Source of the DNA: an uncultured bacterium
GTDB lineage: Bacteria > Chloroflexota > UBA5177 > JANWHV01
Reading direction: 5' to 3'
DNA length: 64,000 bases
Assembly: GCA_963729625.1 (NCBI GenBank)
Contig: CAVSOU010000010.1
Location: forward strand, 1,056,001-1,120,000
Shown here: positions 18,573-28,117 of the stretch, piece by piece
Numbering within the stretch: position 1 is the stretch's first letter
How the letters are laid out: the number at the start of each line of letters is the position of its first letter
Notes under the pieces: model-generated
The model's database searches: none
Seen by the model: the letters and a program-made list of their open reading frames with translations, nothing else
Told to the model about the DNA's origin: nothing
Position numbers and translations under genes: made by a program

Positions 18573-20150
18573 CTACGACTTGGTCACTCCCTGAAGGTTG
18601 AAGTACCCGAGCGGATTCTCGCTGAAACCGTGAACTTTCTTGTTTACCGCATTCACGAATGGGTTGTAGTAGAGGGCAAAGAACGGCTGATCCTGAGCCC
18701 AGAGCTCCTGGATCTTGTAGTAGAGGTTCTGGCGCGTCGCGCTGTCGTTGGTCTGCTCCGCCTGCCGTGAAAGGCTGGCCATCTGCGGATTGTTGTACCA
18801 GGTATAGAAGGAGTGGCCGCCAATCGCGGGATCTACGGCGAAAGACACAATCTCATCCGGATCCGGAATGTCGTTGGTCCAGAGGCTTTGAATGGCGTGG
18901 TGCTTGCCGGCATTCCGCAGTCCGTTTAGCGTGTTCGGATCCACCTGCACCAGGTTCACCTTGACTCCCAGCGGCGCGACCTCGCTCTGGAAAATCTGTG
19001 CCTCCTCGTTGTAGATGGTGTTGCCGCTGTAGACCTCCATGGTCATCGTGAAGCCATGCGGCACGGATGACTGCGATAGGAGCTTCTTGGCAAGCGTCAG
19101 GTCATATGTGGGCGTCGGGATGCTGGCATCGTAGTCGATCGCCCCTGCAGGCAGGAACGAGTTGGCGACCGTTCCATGCCCGTACAGTATCGCTTTTACC
19201 ATCGCCGCGCGGTCGATGGCGTGGCTCAGAGCCTGGCGCACCTTCAAGTCGTCGAACGGCTTGATCGAGTCATTTAGCACGAAGTAATTCGTCTCCGTGG
19301 ACGGATTGATCTGAACGTCCACCGCCGTATTGGACTGACCTTGCGCGATCAGGTTGTACGGCAGCACGTTGTCGACGTCCAATGCGCCGGTCTCCACCTG
19401 GAGGAACCGCGTGTTATCGTTGGGGATAGTCAGGTACTTGATGTACTGCATGGGATACTTGGCGGCGTCAAAGTAGTTCGGGTTCTTCTTGAAAAGCACA
19501 TACTGCCCGCGCTTCCACTCCTGGAGCATGTACGGACCGGTGCCGATCGGGTGCGATGCCATAACGTTGGCACCGACCTTCTTGAAGTACGCTTCCGGGT
19601 AGATTCCGGTGTCGAAGAGTGCCAGATCGGAGAGCAGCGGCGCCCACGGATGGGTCAACGACACGACCACGGTGGACGGATCGGGCGTGGTAATGCCCTT
19701 GATCGCGCTCAGGGTCCAGCTCCAATCTTGTTTGGGGTCCCGAGCCCGGTCAAGGCTGAACTTCACATCCGCGGCGGTTAGCGTGGTGCCGTCGTGGAAC
19801 AATACGTTGGGCCGCAGGTGGAATGTATAGACCTTTCCGTTCTTGCTGACATCCCAGCTCGTGGCCAGGTCCGGCCGTATGGTCTTTCCATCGGGCGCGA
19901 TGCTTAACAGTTGATCGAAGAAGTTGACGAGCGTCCAGATCTCCGAATTATTCGTGTAACCGGCGGGATCGACGGTCTTCGCTTCAAAGGCCCAGCCGAT
20001 ATTCAGGGTGTTGCTCGCGGTTGGGCCTGCATCCGCGGCGTGCACCCGCATCTCCTTAGGGGCCATCCCGCCCAGCGCAAGTGTAGCCAACAGAATGCCC
20101 GCGCCCAGCCAACGCACGTAAGGAATACGGCGATTCAGATCCATCAGCAC
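18573..20150 (-). CDS. peptide ABC transporter substrate-binding protein (family 5), copy 1
   Basis: Signal peptide, PDLATSWDVS..YTFHLRPNVLFHDG, PIGTGPY and VRQALSHAIDR motifs. Confidence 0.92.
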   Translation of the reverse strand: MLMDLNRRIPYVRWLGAGILLATLALGGMAPKEMRVHAADAGPTASNTLNIGWAFEAKTVDPAGYTNNSEIWTLVNFFDQLLSIAPDGKTIRPDLATSWDVSKNGKVYTFHLRPNVLFHDGTTLTAADVKFSLDRARDPKQDWSWTLSAIKGITTPDPSTVVVSLTHPWAPLLSDLALFDTGIYPEAYFKKVGANVMASHPIGTGPYMLQEWKRGQYVLFKKNPNYFDAAKYPMQYIKYLTIPNDNTRFLQVETGALDVDNVLPYNLIAQGQSNTAVDVQINPSTETNYFVLNDSIKPFDDLKVRQALSHAIDRAAMVKAILYGHGTVANSFLPAGAIDYDASIPTPTYDLTLAKKLLSQSSVPHGFTMTMEVYSGNTIYNEEAQIFQSEVAPLGVKVNLVQVDPNTLNGLRNAGKHHAIQSLWTNDIPDPDEIVSFAVDPAIGGHSFYTWYNNPQMASLSRQAEQTNDSATRQNLYYKIQELWAQDQPFFALYYNPFVNAVNKKVHGFSENPLGYFNLQGVTKS

Positions 20151-20323
20151 ACCTCTCTGTTGTGAGCACTAGTCACGACACGTACGCGCCGCGCCAAGAC
20201 GCCGCGCCTGCTCCTCCGACTGGTTGACTTGCCTCGCGACTTGACATGGCCTCCTTTCCGAGGTTTGCGTGGCCGGGCCGAGCGATATCGAAGCGTCTCA
20301 GGGCCACAGCGGGTTCACAGGTA

Positions 20324-21892
20324 TCACGACTTGGTCACGCCCTGAAGGTTGAAGTAGCCGAGCGGATTCTCGCTGAAGCCGTGCACCTTCTTGCCTACCG
20401 CGTTTACCCACGGGTTGTAGAAGAGCGCGAGCATCGGCTGATTGGCCGCCCAGATCTCCTGGATCTGGTAGTACAGCTTCTGGCGTGTGGCGCTGTCGTT
20501 CGATTGCTCGGCCTGATGGGAGAGCGCCGCCAGATGCGGGTTGTTGTACCACGTATAGAACGAGTAGCCGCCGCTGGAGTAATCCACCGCGTACGAGACG
20601 ATCTCGTCGGGATCCGGAATGTCGTTGGTCCAGACGTCGATGTCGGAGTGGAATTTGCCGGTGTTCCGCAGCTGATCGAGAGCGTTCTGCTCCACCTGCG
20701 TGACGTGCGCGGTAATGCCGAGAGGCGCCAGCTCGCTCTGGATGATCTGGGCTACCTCGTTGTAGACGGAATTCCCGCTCGGCACTTCGATGGTCATGCT
20801 GAAGCCGTGCGGGACGGAAGATGCTGCCAGCAGCTTCCTGGCCAGTGTCAGGTCGTGTGAGGGTACGGGAATGGACGGATCCCAATCGATAGCGCCGGCA
20901 GGCATGAAGGAATTGGCCGCCTTGCCGTGACCATAGAGCACTGCCTTGACGATGGCGGCCCGGTCGATGGCGTGGCTGATGGCCAGGCGTACATTCGCCT
21001 CGTTAAGCGGCTTCACCTGTGTGTTTATGGTCAGGTAGGTGATCTCGGTGCCGGGATTGATCTGCACTTGCACCGCGGCGTTGGTCTGAACCTGGGCGAT
21101 CAGGTTGTAGGGCAGCACGGTATCCACGTCCAAGGCGCCCGTTTGCACCTCGAGAAGCCGCGTGTTGTCATTCGATATCAGCTCGTATTTCACGTAAGGC
21201 ATGGGATACGCGGCAGCATTGAAGTAGTCGGGATTCTTCTTGAAGAGCACGTACTGGCCGCGCTTCCACTGGTCGAGCATGTAGGGCCCGGTACCGATCG
21301 GATGCGTGGCCAGGCCCTTCGCGCCAACCTGCTTGAAGTAGGCTTCGGGGTAGATGCCGGTGTCGAACAGCGAAAGGTCCGAGAGCAGGGGCGCCCACGG
21401 ATGGATGAGCGTGATCACTACGGTCGAGGGGTCGGGGGCCGCGACATTCTTGATTGCGGCAAGTGTCCAACCCCACTGTGCCTTGGGGTCTCTGGCGCGG
21501 TCCAGGTCGAACTTGACATCTTGGGCCGTCAGCTTGGCGCCGTTCTGGAACACCACGTTTGGTCTCAGATGGAACGTATAGACCAGGCCACCCGTGCCTA
21601 CGCTCCAGCTCGTGGCAAGGTCGGGCACCAGAGTGTTGCCGTCAGGTGCGACCCGGAGCAGCTGATCGTAGATGTTGACCAGGGTCCAGATCTCCGGATT
21701 GTTGTCGTAGCCCACCGGATCCAGACCGGTGGCCTCAAATGACCAACCAATACTGAGCGTGTTGCTCTGCGTCGGACCCGAATCCGCGGCATGAACACGG
21801 GCACTGCCGGTGTGGCCGCCGAATCCAACCACACAAAGGAGCGTTGCGGCAACGAGTCTGCCCGCCAGACGAATGCGACGACCTCTAGTCAT
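20324..21892 (-). CDS. peptide ABC transporter substrate-binding protein (family 5), copy 2
   Basis: ATG 21892; paralog of the adjacent SBP with an identical C-terminus (GFSENPLGYFNLQGVTKS). Confidence 0.92.
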   Translation of the reverse strand: MTRGRRIRLAGRLVAATLLCVVGFGGHTGSARVHAADSGPTQSNTLSIGWSFEATGLDPVGYDNNPEIWTLVNIYDQLLRVAPDGNTLVPDLATSWSVGTGGLVYTFHLRPNVVFQNGAKLTAQDVKFDLDRARDPKAQWGWTLAAIKNVAAPDPSTVVITLIHPWAPLLSDLSLFDTGIYPEAYFKQVGAKGLATHPIGTGPYMLDQWKRGQYVLFKKNPDYFNAAAYPMPYVKYELISNDNTRLLEVQTGALDVDTVLPYNLIAQVQTNAAVQVQINPGTEITYLTINTQVKPLNEANVRLAISHAIDRAAIVKAVLYGHGKAANSFMPAGAIDWDPSIPVPSHDLTLARKLLAASSVPHGFSMTIEVPSGNSVYNEVAQIIQSELAPLGITAHVTQVEQNALDQLRNTGKFHSDIDVWTNDIPDPDEIVSYAVDYSSGGYSFYTWYNNPHLAALSHQAEQSNDSATRQKLYYQIQEIWAANQPMLALFYNPWVNAVGKKVHGFSENPLGYFNLQGVTKS

Positions 21893-22224
21893 AATTCCGC
21901 CTTTCTGAGTTGCATGTGTGTTGGCAATCTCGCTCTCACATTGGAGCCGGAAAGCCACGACGAGCCGGTAGCCGACACTCAGGTTTCTCGCGCGCACCTC
22001 TCTTTCACGCATAGGTCGATACTGCCCATAAGTCGATCGAGGAATGGAGCCTGCCTGCGCTGGACGGCCCCGATACACACCTGTACTCGTTTAGCGGGAT
22101 CGCGTGCGGCTCTGCTAGCGCGATCAGTTTCGCAGGTTCAGCCGCGCACCATGGGACGTATATGTGGCCCGCTTCGCCGGGTGCGGACTCGAAGCCGGTG
22201 CGCCGTGCACGACAATGTTATGGC

Positions 22225-22256
22225 GTTATATAACAGTAGTTGAGCTGCGGCGTCAA
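22225..22256 (-). promoter_or_regulatory. probable promoter and GntR-type operator for the ABC genes
   Basis: TTGACG (22256-22251) lies 17 bp from the palindrome GTTATATAAC (22225-22234), which overlaps the -10 region and fits the GT-N-TA-N-AC GntR pattern. Confidence 0.5.
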
Positions 22257-22266
22257 GAGCACGCGC

Positions 22267-23691
22267 TCAAAGTGATGATGCGGCTCTGACCTGCAGCGGG
22301 GGTTTCATCGCGTGCCAGGTATGGTTACGCTCGTACGCGTAGGCGAGGCGAAACAGGGTGTTCTCGGCAAATGGGCGTCCCGTAAGCTGAAAGCCGATTG
22401 GCAACCCTGACGTCGAAAAGCCACAGGGTACGGTGAGTGCCGGCAAACCGGTCACGTTTGCAGGAACCATATATTTCACCGCCGCGGTCATTGGATCTTC
22501 GCCGCCCTCGCCGGGGACAAGTGCGATGTCGACGGGATAGGTAGTGCTGGGCAACGTCGGCGAGATCAGCGCGTCAAGCCCGTGCGACTCGAAGAGACGC
22601 CGCGTGGCGTCCTTGAGCACGCTTCGGGCGCGCTGTGCAGTGATGTACTGTGTCGCGGGAAGCAGCTCGCCCAGCTCAAACATCATCCGCGTGTTGGCGT
22701 CCAGATCGGCCGCGTGCGCCCGGAGGACGTGTCGCGCGTTTGCGCTTGCCTCGGCAAACAGAATTGTGGTGCCCACCGTCTCCATCAGGTCCAGCTCGGG
22801 TTGGACAACCTCCACTATGTGCACGCCGTGCCGGGACAACTCTTCGATGACAGCCTCCACTGCCTGCCGGACCTCCAGCCGTACTTGCTCGCGGAAGAAG
22901 TAACGGCGCTCCACGCCAACGGTCAGTCCGGCAACGCTACCTTCCAGGCTCGCGGCATAATCTTCACGCGGCACGTGAATACTGCCTGAATCGTCGGGAT
23001 CGTACCCTGCCAGCACCTGCAGCAGGATGGCACAGTCTTTGACCGTGCGCGTTATCGGACCCGCGTGATCCATAGAATCGCTCACCGGCACGATTCCGGA
23101 CCGGCCGACAAGGCCAAACGTGGGCTTCATGCCGACCAGGCCGTTGAGCGAAGCGGGCTCGCGAATTGACCCTCCGGTGTCCGTGCCCAGCGCTCCAAAC
23201 GCCGAACGCGCGGCGACAGCAGCACCCGACCCGGCGCTGGACCCGCCTGGATAGCCATCTTCCAGCCAGGGAGTGCGAGTGGGCGGTTCATTGACGCCGT
23301 AGGCAAACTCGTGCGTGACGGTTTTGCCGATTACAATCATCCCGGCCTCATGCAGTCGCTGGACGGCCATCGCGTCAAATGCCGGTATGAAGCCCGCGAG
23401 TGCTCGCGATCCTGCTTCTGTTGGGATGCCTCGCGTGTAGTACAGATCCTTCACGCCGATTGGGATTCCGTGCAGCGGACCCTCTGCGCGACCTGCCGCA
23501 CGTTCCCTATCGGCCTCTGCCGCAACCTCTCGAGCCTGGTCCGCAAGCACCAGCGCATAGGCATGTATGATCGGTTCGGTCTCCGCAATTCTGTCCAGGG
23601 TATCCTCTACTAGCTCGACCGCGGATACGGACCGCTGTTCGAGCAGCGCGCTCGCCTCGTCGATCGTGAGATCGACAATTCTCGACTTCAT
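22267..23691 (-). CDS. amidase signature family protein
   Basis: GPLHGIPIGVKD, GGSSAGS and GTDTGGSIREPA (Lys-cisSer-Ser triad motifs). Confidence 0.93.
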   Translation of the reverse strand: MKSRIVDLTIDEASALLEQRSVSAVELVEDTLDRIAETEPIIHAYALVLADQAREVAAEADRERAAGRAEGPLHGIPIGVKDLYYTRGIPTEAGSRALAGFIPAFDAMAVQRLHEAGMIVIGKTVTHEFAYGVNEPPTRTPWLEDGYPGGSSAGSGAAVAARSAFGALGTDTGGSIREPASLNGLVGMKPTFGLVGRSGIVPVSDSMDHAGPITRTVKDCAILLQVLAGYDPDDSGSIHVPREDYAASLEGSVAGLTVGVERRYFFREQVRLEVRQAVEAVIEELSRHGVHIVEVVQPELDLMETVGTTILFAEASANARHVLRAHAADLDANTRMMFELGELLPATQYITAQRARSVLKDATRRLFESHGLDALISPTLPSTTYPVDIALVPGEGGEDPMTAAVKYMVPANVTGLPALTVPCGFSTSGLPIGFQLTGRPFAENTLFRLAYAYERNHTWHAMKPPLQVRAASSL

Positions 23692-23957
23692 CGAACCGGC
23701 TCGCGGCCGGCCTCCTTTGCTTGCTGCGTCTGTGTCGAGTGCCGATCGGCCGGCCAGCGGGGATCGAACTGCAGTGCAGGCTGAACGTGCGCGAGATCGA
23801 GCTGATCCAGCATGTCCATGCAGGCAAACTGGCTCGTCAGCGATTTCGCCAGCGACTCAAGATCCTCGGGCGGAAGGCTCAAGCCGGCAGCTTCGGCCAG
23901 GGCATTGATCGCCTCGGAGCTCAATTGCTCTGTATCAGACGGTCGGGTGTAGGGCAT
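23688..23957 (-). CDS. small GatC/AtzG-like amidase accessory protein
   Basis: 89 aa, INALAEAAGLSLPPEDLESLA..LDLAHVQPALQF; translationally coupled to the amidase. Confidence 0.6.
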   Translation of the reverse strand: MPYTRPSDTEQLSSEAINALAEAAGLSLPPEDLESLAKSLTSQFACMDMLDQLDLAHVQPALQFDPRWPADRHSTQTQQAKEAGREPVR

Positions 23958-24972
23958 GGCTCGCCTCCCGCAACGCATCCAGCCTGTCGAGGTTGCTCCA
24001 CGACATGGCAATATTGCCAACTTCCAGTTGATGAACCATCCGCACAAGCTCGCGGGTCAAGGGCATGGGCAGGCCATATGAAGCTCCAATGTCTGCGGCC
24101 AGGCCGATTTGTTCGTCTACCTCGGTCTTCCGATGACGGACCGCAAGATCGCGCCAGATACCGCTCTTGGCCTTCAAATCCCGACGGCGCCGGGCCACCA
24201 GCGCATCCAGAGAGCGATCGATCGCCGCCGCATCGCGGTGCTCCGGCGGGTAGTAGAGCGACGGCTCGACATTGTCGAACGGCTCCACGCGCACACCCTC
24301 GCGCGCGGCCACCGAGTAGATCTCGCTCGCCAGCTCGACCATCAAGAGGCGATAGCGGTCGATGACGTCTGCCATCGTTTCATCCGCCAGTGCCGTGGCA
24401 AACAGCATGTTGGCGTAGCCCATCTTTCCCCACAGGTAGCCCCAGATGTTATCGGTGACTGTCGCCGTTCCCCAGGCGGACAACATGGCTTGCAGCGATT
24501 GAACGCGCGGTGATATCAAGCCGCTCAACTCGCCCAGGTACAGGCTTCCGACCCCGCCATATGCGATCACGCCGGGCTCGAGATAGTCGGCCGAGAAGTT
24601 CACGAAACTGCCGATGGTGCGCTCCGGCCCGATACTTCCGGCGATGATCCGCTCGCACAGGCCGTTCTGGAGAGAAACGACCATGGCATCTGGAGCCAGC
24701 AAATGGGCGAATGCGTTCAATGCCGCCTTCGTATGCTGTGATTTGACCGCCAGCAACACGATATCCAGGCTGCCGGACAAGTCCTCCGGCAGACATGCAT
24801 CCGCGGGCACGGTAAAGGTCTCGGCAAAGCCGCGTATCGTAAGGCCGTGCTGGCCCATCGCCGCCACGTGATCCCGGTCCTGGTCGACGAGCTTCACCGC
24901 GTTGCCGCCGCGTGTAAGATAGGCGCCAATCGTGCCGCCGATGGCGCCCGCGCCCACCACTGTTACAGTCAT
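23935..24972 (-). CDS. ketopantoate reductase (PanE/ApbA) family protein
   Basis: VVGAGAIGG, LLAVKSQHT, SLQNG, LWGK and SGIWRDLAVRHRKTEVD motifs. Confidence 0.88.
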   Translation of the reverse strand: MTVTVVGAGAIGGTIGAYLTRGGNAVKLVDQDRDHVAAMGQHGLTIRGFAETFTVPADACLPEDLSGSLDIVLLAVKSQHTKAALNAFAHLLAPDAMVVSLQNGLCERIIAGSIGPERTIGSFVNFSADYLEPGVIAYGGVGSLYLGELSGLISPRVQSLQAMLSAWGTATVTDNIWGYLWGKMGYANMLFATALADETMADVIDRYRLLMVELASEIYSVAAREGVRVEPFDNVEPSLYYPPEHRDAAAIDRSLDALVARRRRDLKAKSGIWRDLAVRHRKTEVDEQIGLAADIGASYGLPMPLTRELVRMVHQLEVGNIAMSWSNLDRLDALREASHALHPTV

Positions 24973-26345
24973 GCAATCTCTCCTGCAGTGCGCCAGAAAT
25001 CGGCCCATACCGCGAGGCCGTCCCATAGCCGTGACAGCCGAAAGAATTCGTTGGGCGCGTGGAAGTCCTCATCCGCGGTTGAGAACGAGAAGAATACCGT
25101 GTCCATGCTCAGCTCGCGCCGGAACGTGTCGCTCACCGGTATGGTGCCGCCGCTCAGGACGGTTACCGGCTCCTGGCCATAGCGTCGCCGAAGGGCCATG
25201 CGAGCGATCCGCAGTGCCGGATGCCCTGGATCGATTCGGTAGGCCGGTGCGGCGCCCGGGTGCGGGACAATCGACAGGGTCACGCCCGGCGGTGTCTGTG
25301 CACGCAGGTGTGCGGTCAATCGGTGCAGGATTTGCTCGGGATCCTGACCTGGCACAAGCCGGCAGGACAACTTCGCGTGCGCGGTGGCGGGAATGACCGT
25401 CTTCGAGCCCGGGCCCTGGTATCCGCCATAGAGGCCGTTTGCCTCCACGGTAGGTCGAAGCCATTGACGCTCAAGCGTGCCGAAGCCCTCCTCGCCGTAC
25501 AGCGCCGGAGCTCCAATCGCCTGGCGGTACGCTTCGTCCTCGTAACCCAATGCCGCGATCTGCTCGCGTTCGGCCCGGCTTGGCTCCATAACGCCGTCGT
25601 AGAAGCCCTCGACAGCGACAGAGCCGTCGGCACGATGCAGGCCGGCGATAAGTGAGGCGACCGCATGCAACGGATTCTGCACCGCACCACCGTGCCTGCC
25701 TGAATGCAGATCGGATCGCGTCCCGCGTACTTCGACGTCGAGCGTGACGATGCCGCGGCTGCCCACGGTGACCGACGGCTCGGTGATACGCCACATGGCG
25801 CCATCGGCACTGAGCGCGTAATCCGCCGCGAGGCGGCCCGCCTCCTGCCGGACCAGATCGTCCAGGTGCGCGCTGCCGATCTCCTCCTCTCCTTCGATGA
25901 GCAGCTTCACGTTGATCGGCAGCCGCCCATGCGTGGCGAAGAACGCCTCAGCAACCTTGATCGGGATGAACACCGATCCTTTGTCGTCGCTGGCGCCCCG
26001 CGCGTAGATTCGCTCGTTTCTGATTTCTGGCTCGAACGGCGGTGAAAGCCATTGGTCGACCGGGTCAGGCGGCTGAACGTCGTAGTGACCATAGACGAGC
26101 ACCGTGGGACGCCCTGGCGCGCCCAGCCACTCGGCATAGACGGCGGGGTGTCCGCCGGTGGCAAGCTGCTCCACGTTGAATGGACCTGCCTCCTTCAAGC
26201 GATCGCCGATCCAGTCCGCACCGGCCTGGACGTCCGCGAGACGCGCAGGATCGGTGCTGACGCTCGGGATGCGCAGGAAGTCCAGCAACTGATCCAGGAT
26301 TTGATTTCGATGCTTTTCCAGATATGCTTCTGCGGTCTCTTGCAT
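24969..26345 (-). CDS. M20 family dipeptidase
   Basis: YGHYDVQP, ARGASDDKG, EGEEEIGS, DLHSG and HAPNE motifs. Confidence 0.93.
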   Translation of the reverse strand: MQETAEAYLEKHRNQILDQLLDFLRIPSVSTDPARLADVQAGADWIGDRLKEAGPFNVEQLATGGHPAVYAEWLGAPGRPTVLVYGHYDVQPPDPVDQWLSPPFEPEIRNERIYARGASDDKGSVFIPIKVAEAFFATHGRLPINVKLLIEGEEEIGSAHLDDLVRQEAGRLAADYALSADGAMWRITEPSVTVGSRGIVTLDVEVRGTRSDLHSGRHGGAVQNPLHAVASLIAGLHRADGSVAVEGFYDGVMEPSRAEREQIAALGYEDEAYRQAIGAPALYGEEGFGTLERQWLRPTVEANGLYGGYQGPGSKTVIPATAHAKLSCRLVPGQDPEQILHRLTAHLRAQTPPGVTLSIVPHPGAAPAYRIDPGHPALRIARMALRRRYGQEPVTVLSGGTIPVSDTFRRELSMDTVFFSFSTADEDFHAPNEFFRLSRLWDGLAVWADFWRTAGEIA

Positions 26346-26408
26346 GTTCCCCCAATCAGCCAGAAACCGGCGCCGCTTCCATAACCGGTCCGGCAGGCCA
26401 ACGCAACG

Positions 26409-27185
26409 CTAGAACATCGAGCTCCCGCCGTCGATACTCAACACCTGTCCGGTGCACCAGGCCGCGTAGTCGGACGCAAAGAACAGCACACCGTAGGCTA
26501 TGTCGTCTGCCGTGCCCAGCCGTTTCAGTGCAAGGCTCTCGACAAGTTGCCGCTGCCCGTCGGGGCCATACGACTCCCATTGCTTTTCCGTAGTCGGATT
26601 GCTTCGCACGAATCCCGGCGCGATGTTGTTGGCCGTGATGCCCCATGGTCCCAACTCCTGCGCGAGCTGGCGAGTCAAGCCAATTTGACCTGCCTTGGCG
26701 CTTGCGTACGCCTGGATGCCGGTGAGGCTGACGCTGCGACCTGCACCGGACGAGATGTTGACGATGCGGCCGTAGCGCCTGCTCTTCATCGACGGCGCGA
26801 CGGCGCGCGCCATGTAGAATGCGGCGTCCAGATTGACGCGAAAGATCGCGTGCCAGTCGTCGGCGCCCACGGTCTCGAGTGGACGGCCAGTTTGTCCCAG
26901 CACGCCGCCGGCATTGTTGACCAGGATATCCACACGCCCCGCGGTGGCCAGCACTTCGTCTACGAAGCCGCGCACTTCGCCCTCGACCGTGACATCGACC
27001 TTGCGAACCGCACACAGGCCGCCCGCGGCGGTGCAGGCCTGCGACGTCTCGGCAAGCTCGTCGTCGCGTACATCGCAGGCCCACACCGACGCGCCGTGCT
27101 TCGCAAGCTGTACGCTTATCGCCCGGCCGAATCCATGCGCGGCGCCGGTGACGATCGCCGCCCTGCCGCCAAAGCTAAAGTCCAT
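26409..27185 (-). CDS. SDR family oxidoreductase
   Basis: TGAAHGFG, NNAGG and YASAK motifs; ATG 27185. Confidence 0.92.
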   Translation of the reverse strand: MDFSFGGRAAIVTGAAHGFGRAISVQLAKHGASVWACDVRDDELAETSQACTAAGGLCAVRKVDVTVEGEVRGFVDEVLATAGRVDILVNNAGGVLGQTGRPLETVGADDWHAIFRVNLDAAFYMARAVAPSMKSRRYGRIVNISSGAGRSVSLTGIQAYASAKAGQIGLTRQLAQELGPWGITANNIAPGFVRSNPTTEKQWESYGPDGQRQLVESLALKRLGTADDIAYGVLFFASDYAAWCTGQVLSIDGGSSMF

Positions 27186-27864
27186 TGATGACCTCGCGGG
27201 TTTCTTCGACGCCGATCTGCCAGAGTGCCAGCATCTTGTCGTCGGGCTTCTCGTAGGCGCCGCCGTAGTTTCCATCGCCGATCACATCTCGAACGCCCGC
27301 TGGCGGCAACCGGCGCAACCGCTCCAGGTCCGCCATCTGCTTCCGGCCGGCAGGGACTGGCGCCACGCGGGTCCAGGGAAAATTCTCCATCCAGGAACCA
27401 TGCGAAGCGGCTGGATCGATCTCCTGTACGGCTTTCCACGTCCGCGGCGCGTTCCACCAGTTGTGCAACACCACTGTCATTTCAGGATGATCAGCCACCC
27501 ATTCGCCTGCCAGCGACCCAGCTGGAATGTTGCCGCCATGCCCGTTTACCAGCACGATACGTCGGAATCCGTGGCCGGCCAGCGAGTCCAGTATGTCGCG
27601 CACGACCGCGAGATACGTTGAAACACGAAGGCTCACCGAGCCGGGGAACGACAGAAAATAGGGCGTGATGCCGTATGGTATAGCCGGGAACACCGGAACT
27701 CCAAGCGGCTCTGCTGCATCTACTGCGACGCGCTCGGCGAGAATAGCATCGGTTCCCAGACTGAGGTAGCCGTGCTGCTCCACACTGCCCAATGGGACCA
27801 CCCCCCGGTTGTCTCCACCCAAATAGCGCTCCAGCTGCATCCAGTTCAGTTCCGTGACTCTCAC
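27175..27864 (-). CDS. creatininase family amidohydrolase
   Basis: PLGSVEQHG, D, NGHGGN and HGSWME motifs; GTG 27864 after AGGAGG. Confidence 0.9.
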   Translation of the reverse strand: MRVTELNWMQLERYLGGDNRGVVPLGSVEQHGYLSLGTDAILAERVAVDAAEPLGVPVFPAIPYGITPYFLSFPGSVSLRVSTYLAVVRDILDSLAGHGFRRIVLVNGHGGNIPAGSLAGEWVADHPEMTVVLHNWWNAPRTWKAVQEIDPAASHGSWMENFPWTRVAPVPAGRKQMADLERLRRLPPAGVRDVIGDGNYGGAYEKPDDKMLALWQIGVEETREVINGL

Positions 27865-28117
27865 TGTTTCCTCCTGATCTACTGCCCCAGGGTGGGGCGC
27901 GAGCAGCCCGGCCCGCACTTGCACGCCATTGCCTCGACCATGACAAGCATATCAGCCACGCCAAGCGACGTTGATCTCAGCTCCCGTCAGGTCTTCGAGC
28001 ACGCCCATGTCAAGCTGTATCATGCATGCGATTACATGCGCCCAGGATTGGAACTTCGCGGCGACGCGACGATCAGGTCCCTAGCGTGTTTCATCACCTG
28101 CGAGAAAGTGAGGGTTC

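Noticed and set aside
22267-23957. gatCA tRNA-dependent amidotransferase
   Set aside because: There is no gatB and the context is catabolic; treated as an amidase plus small subunit.
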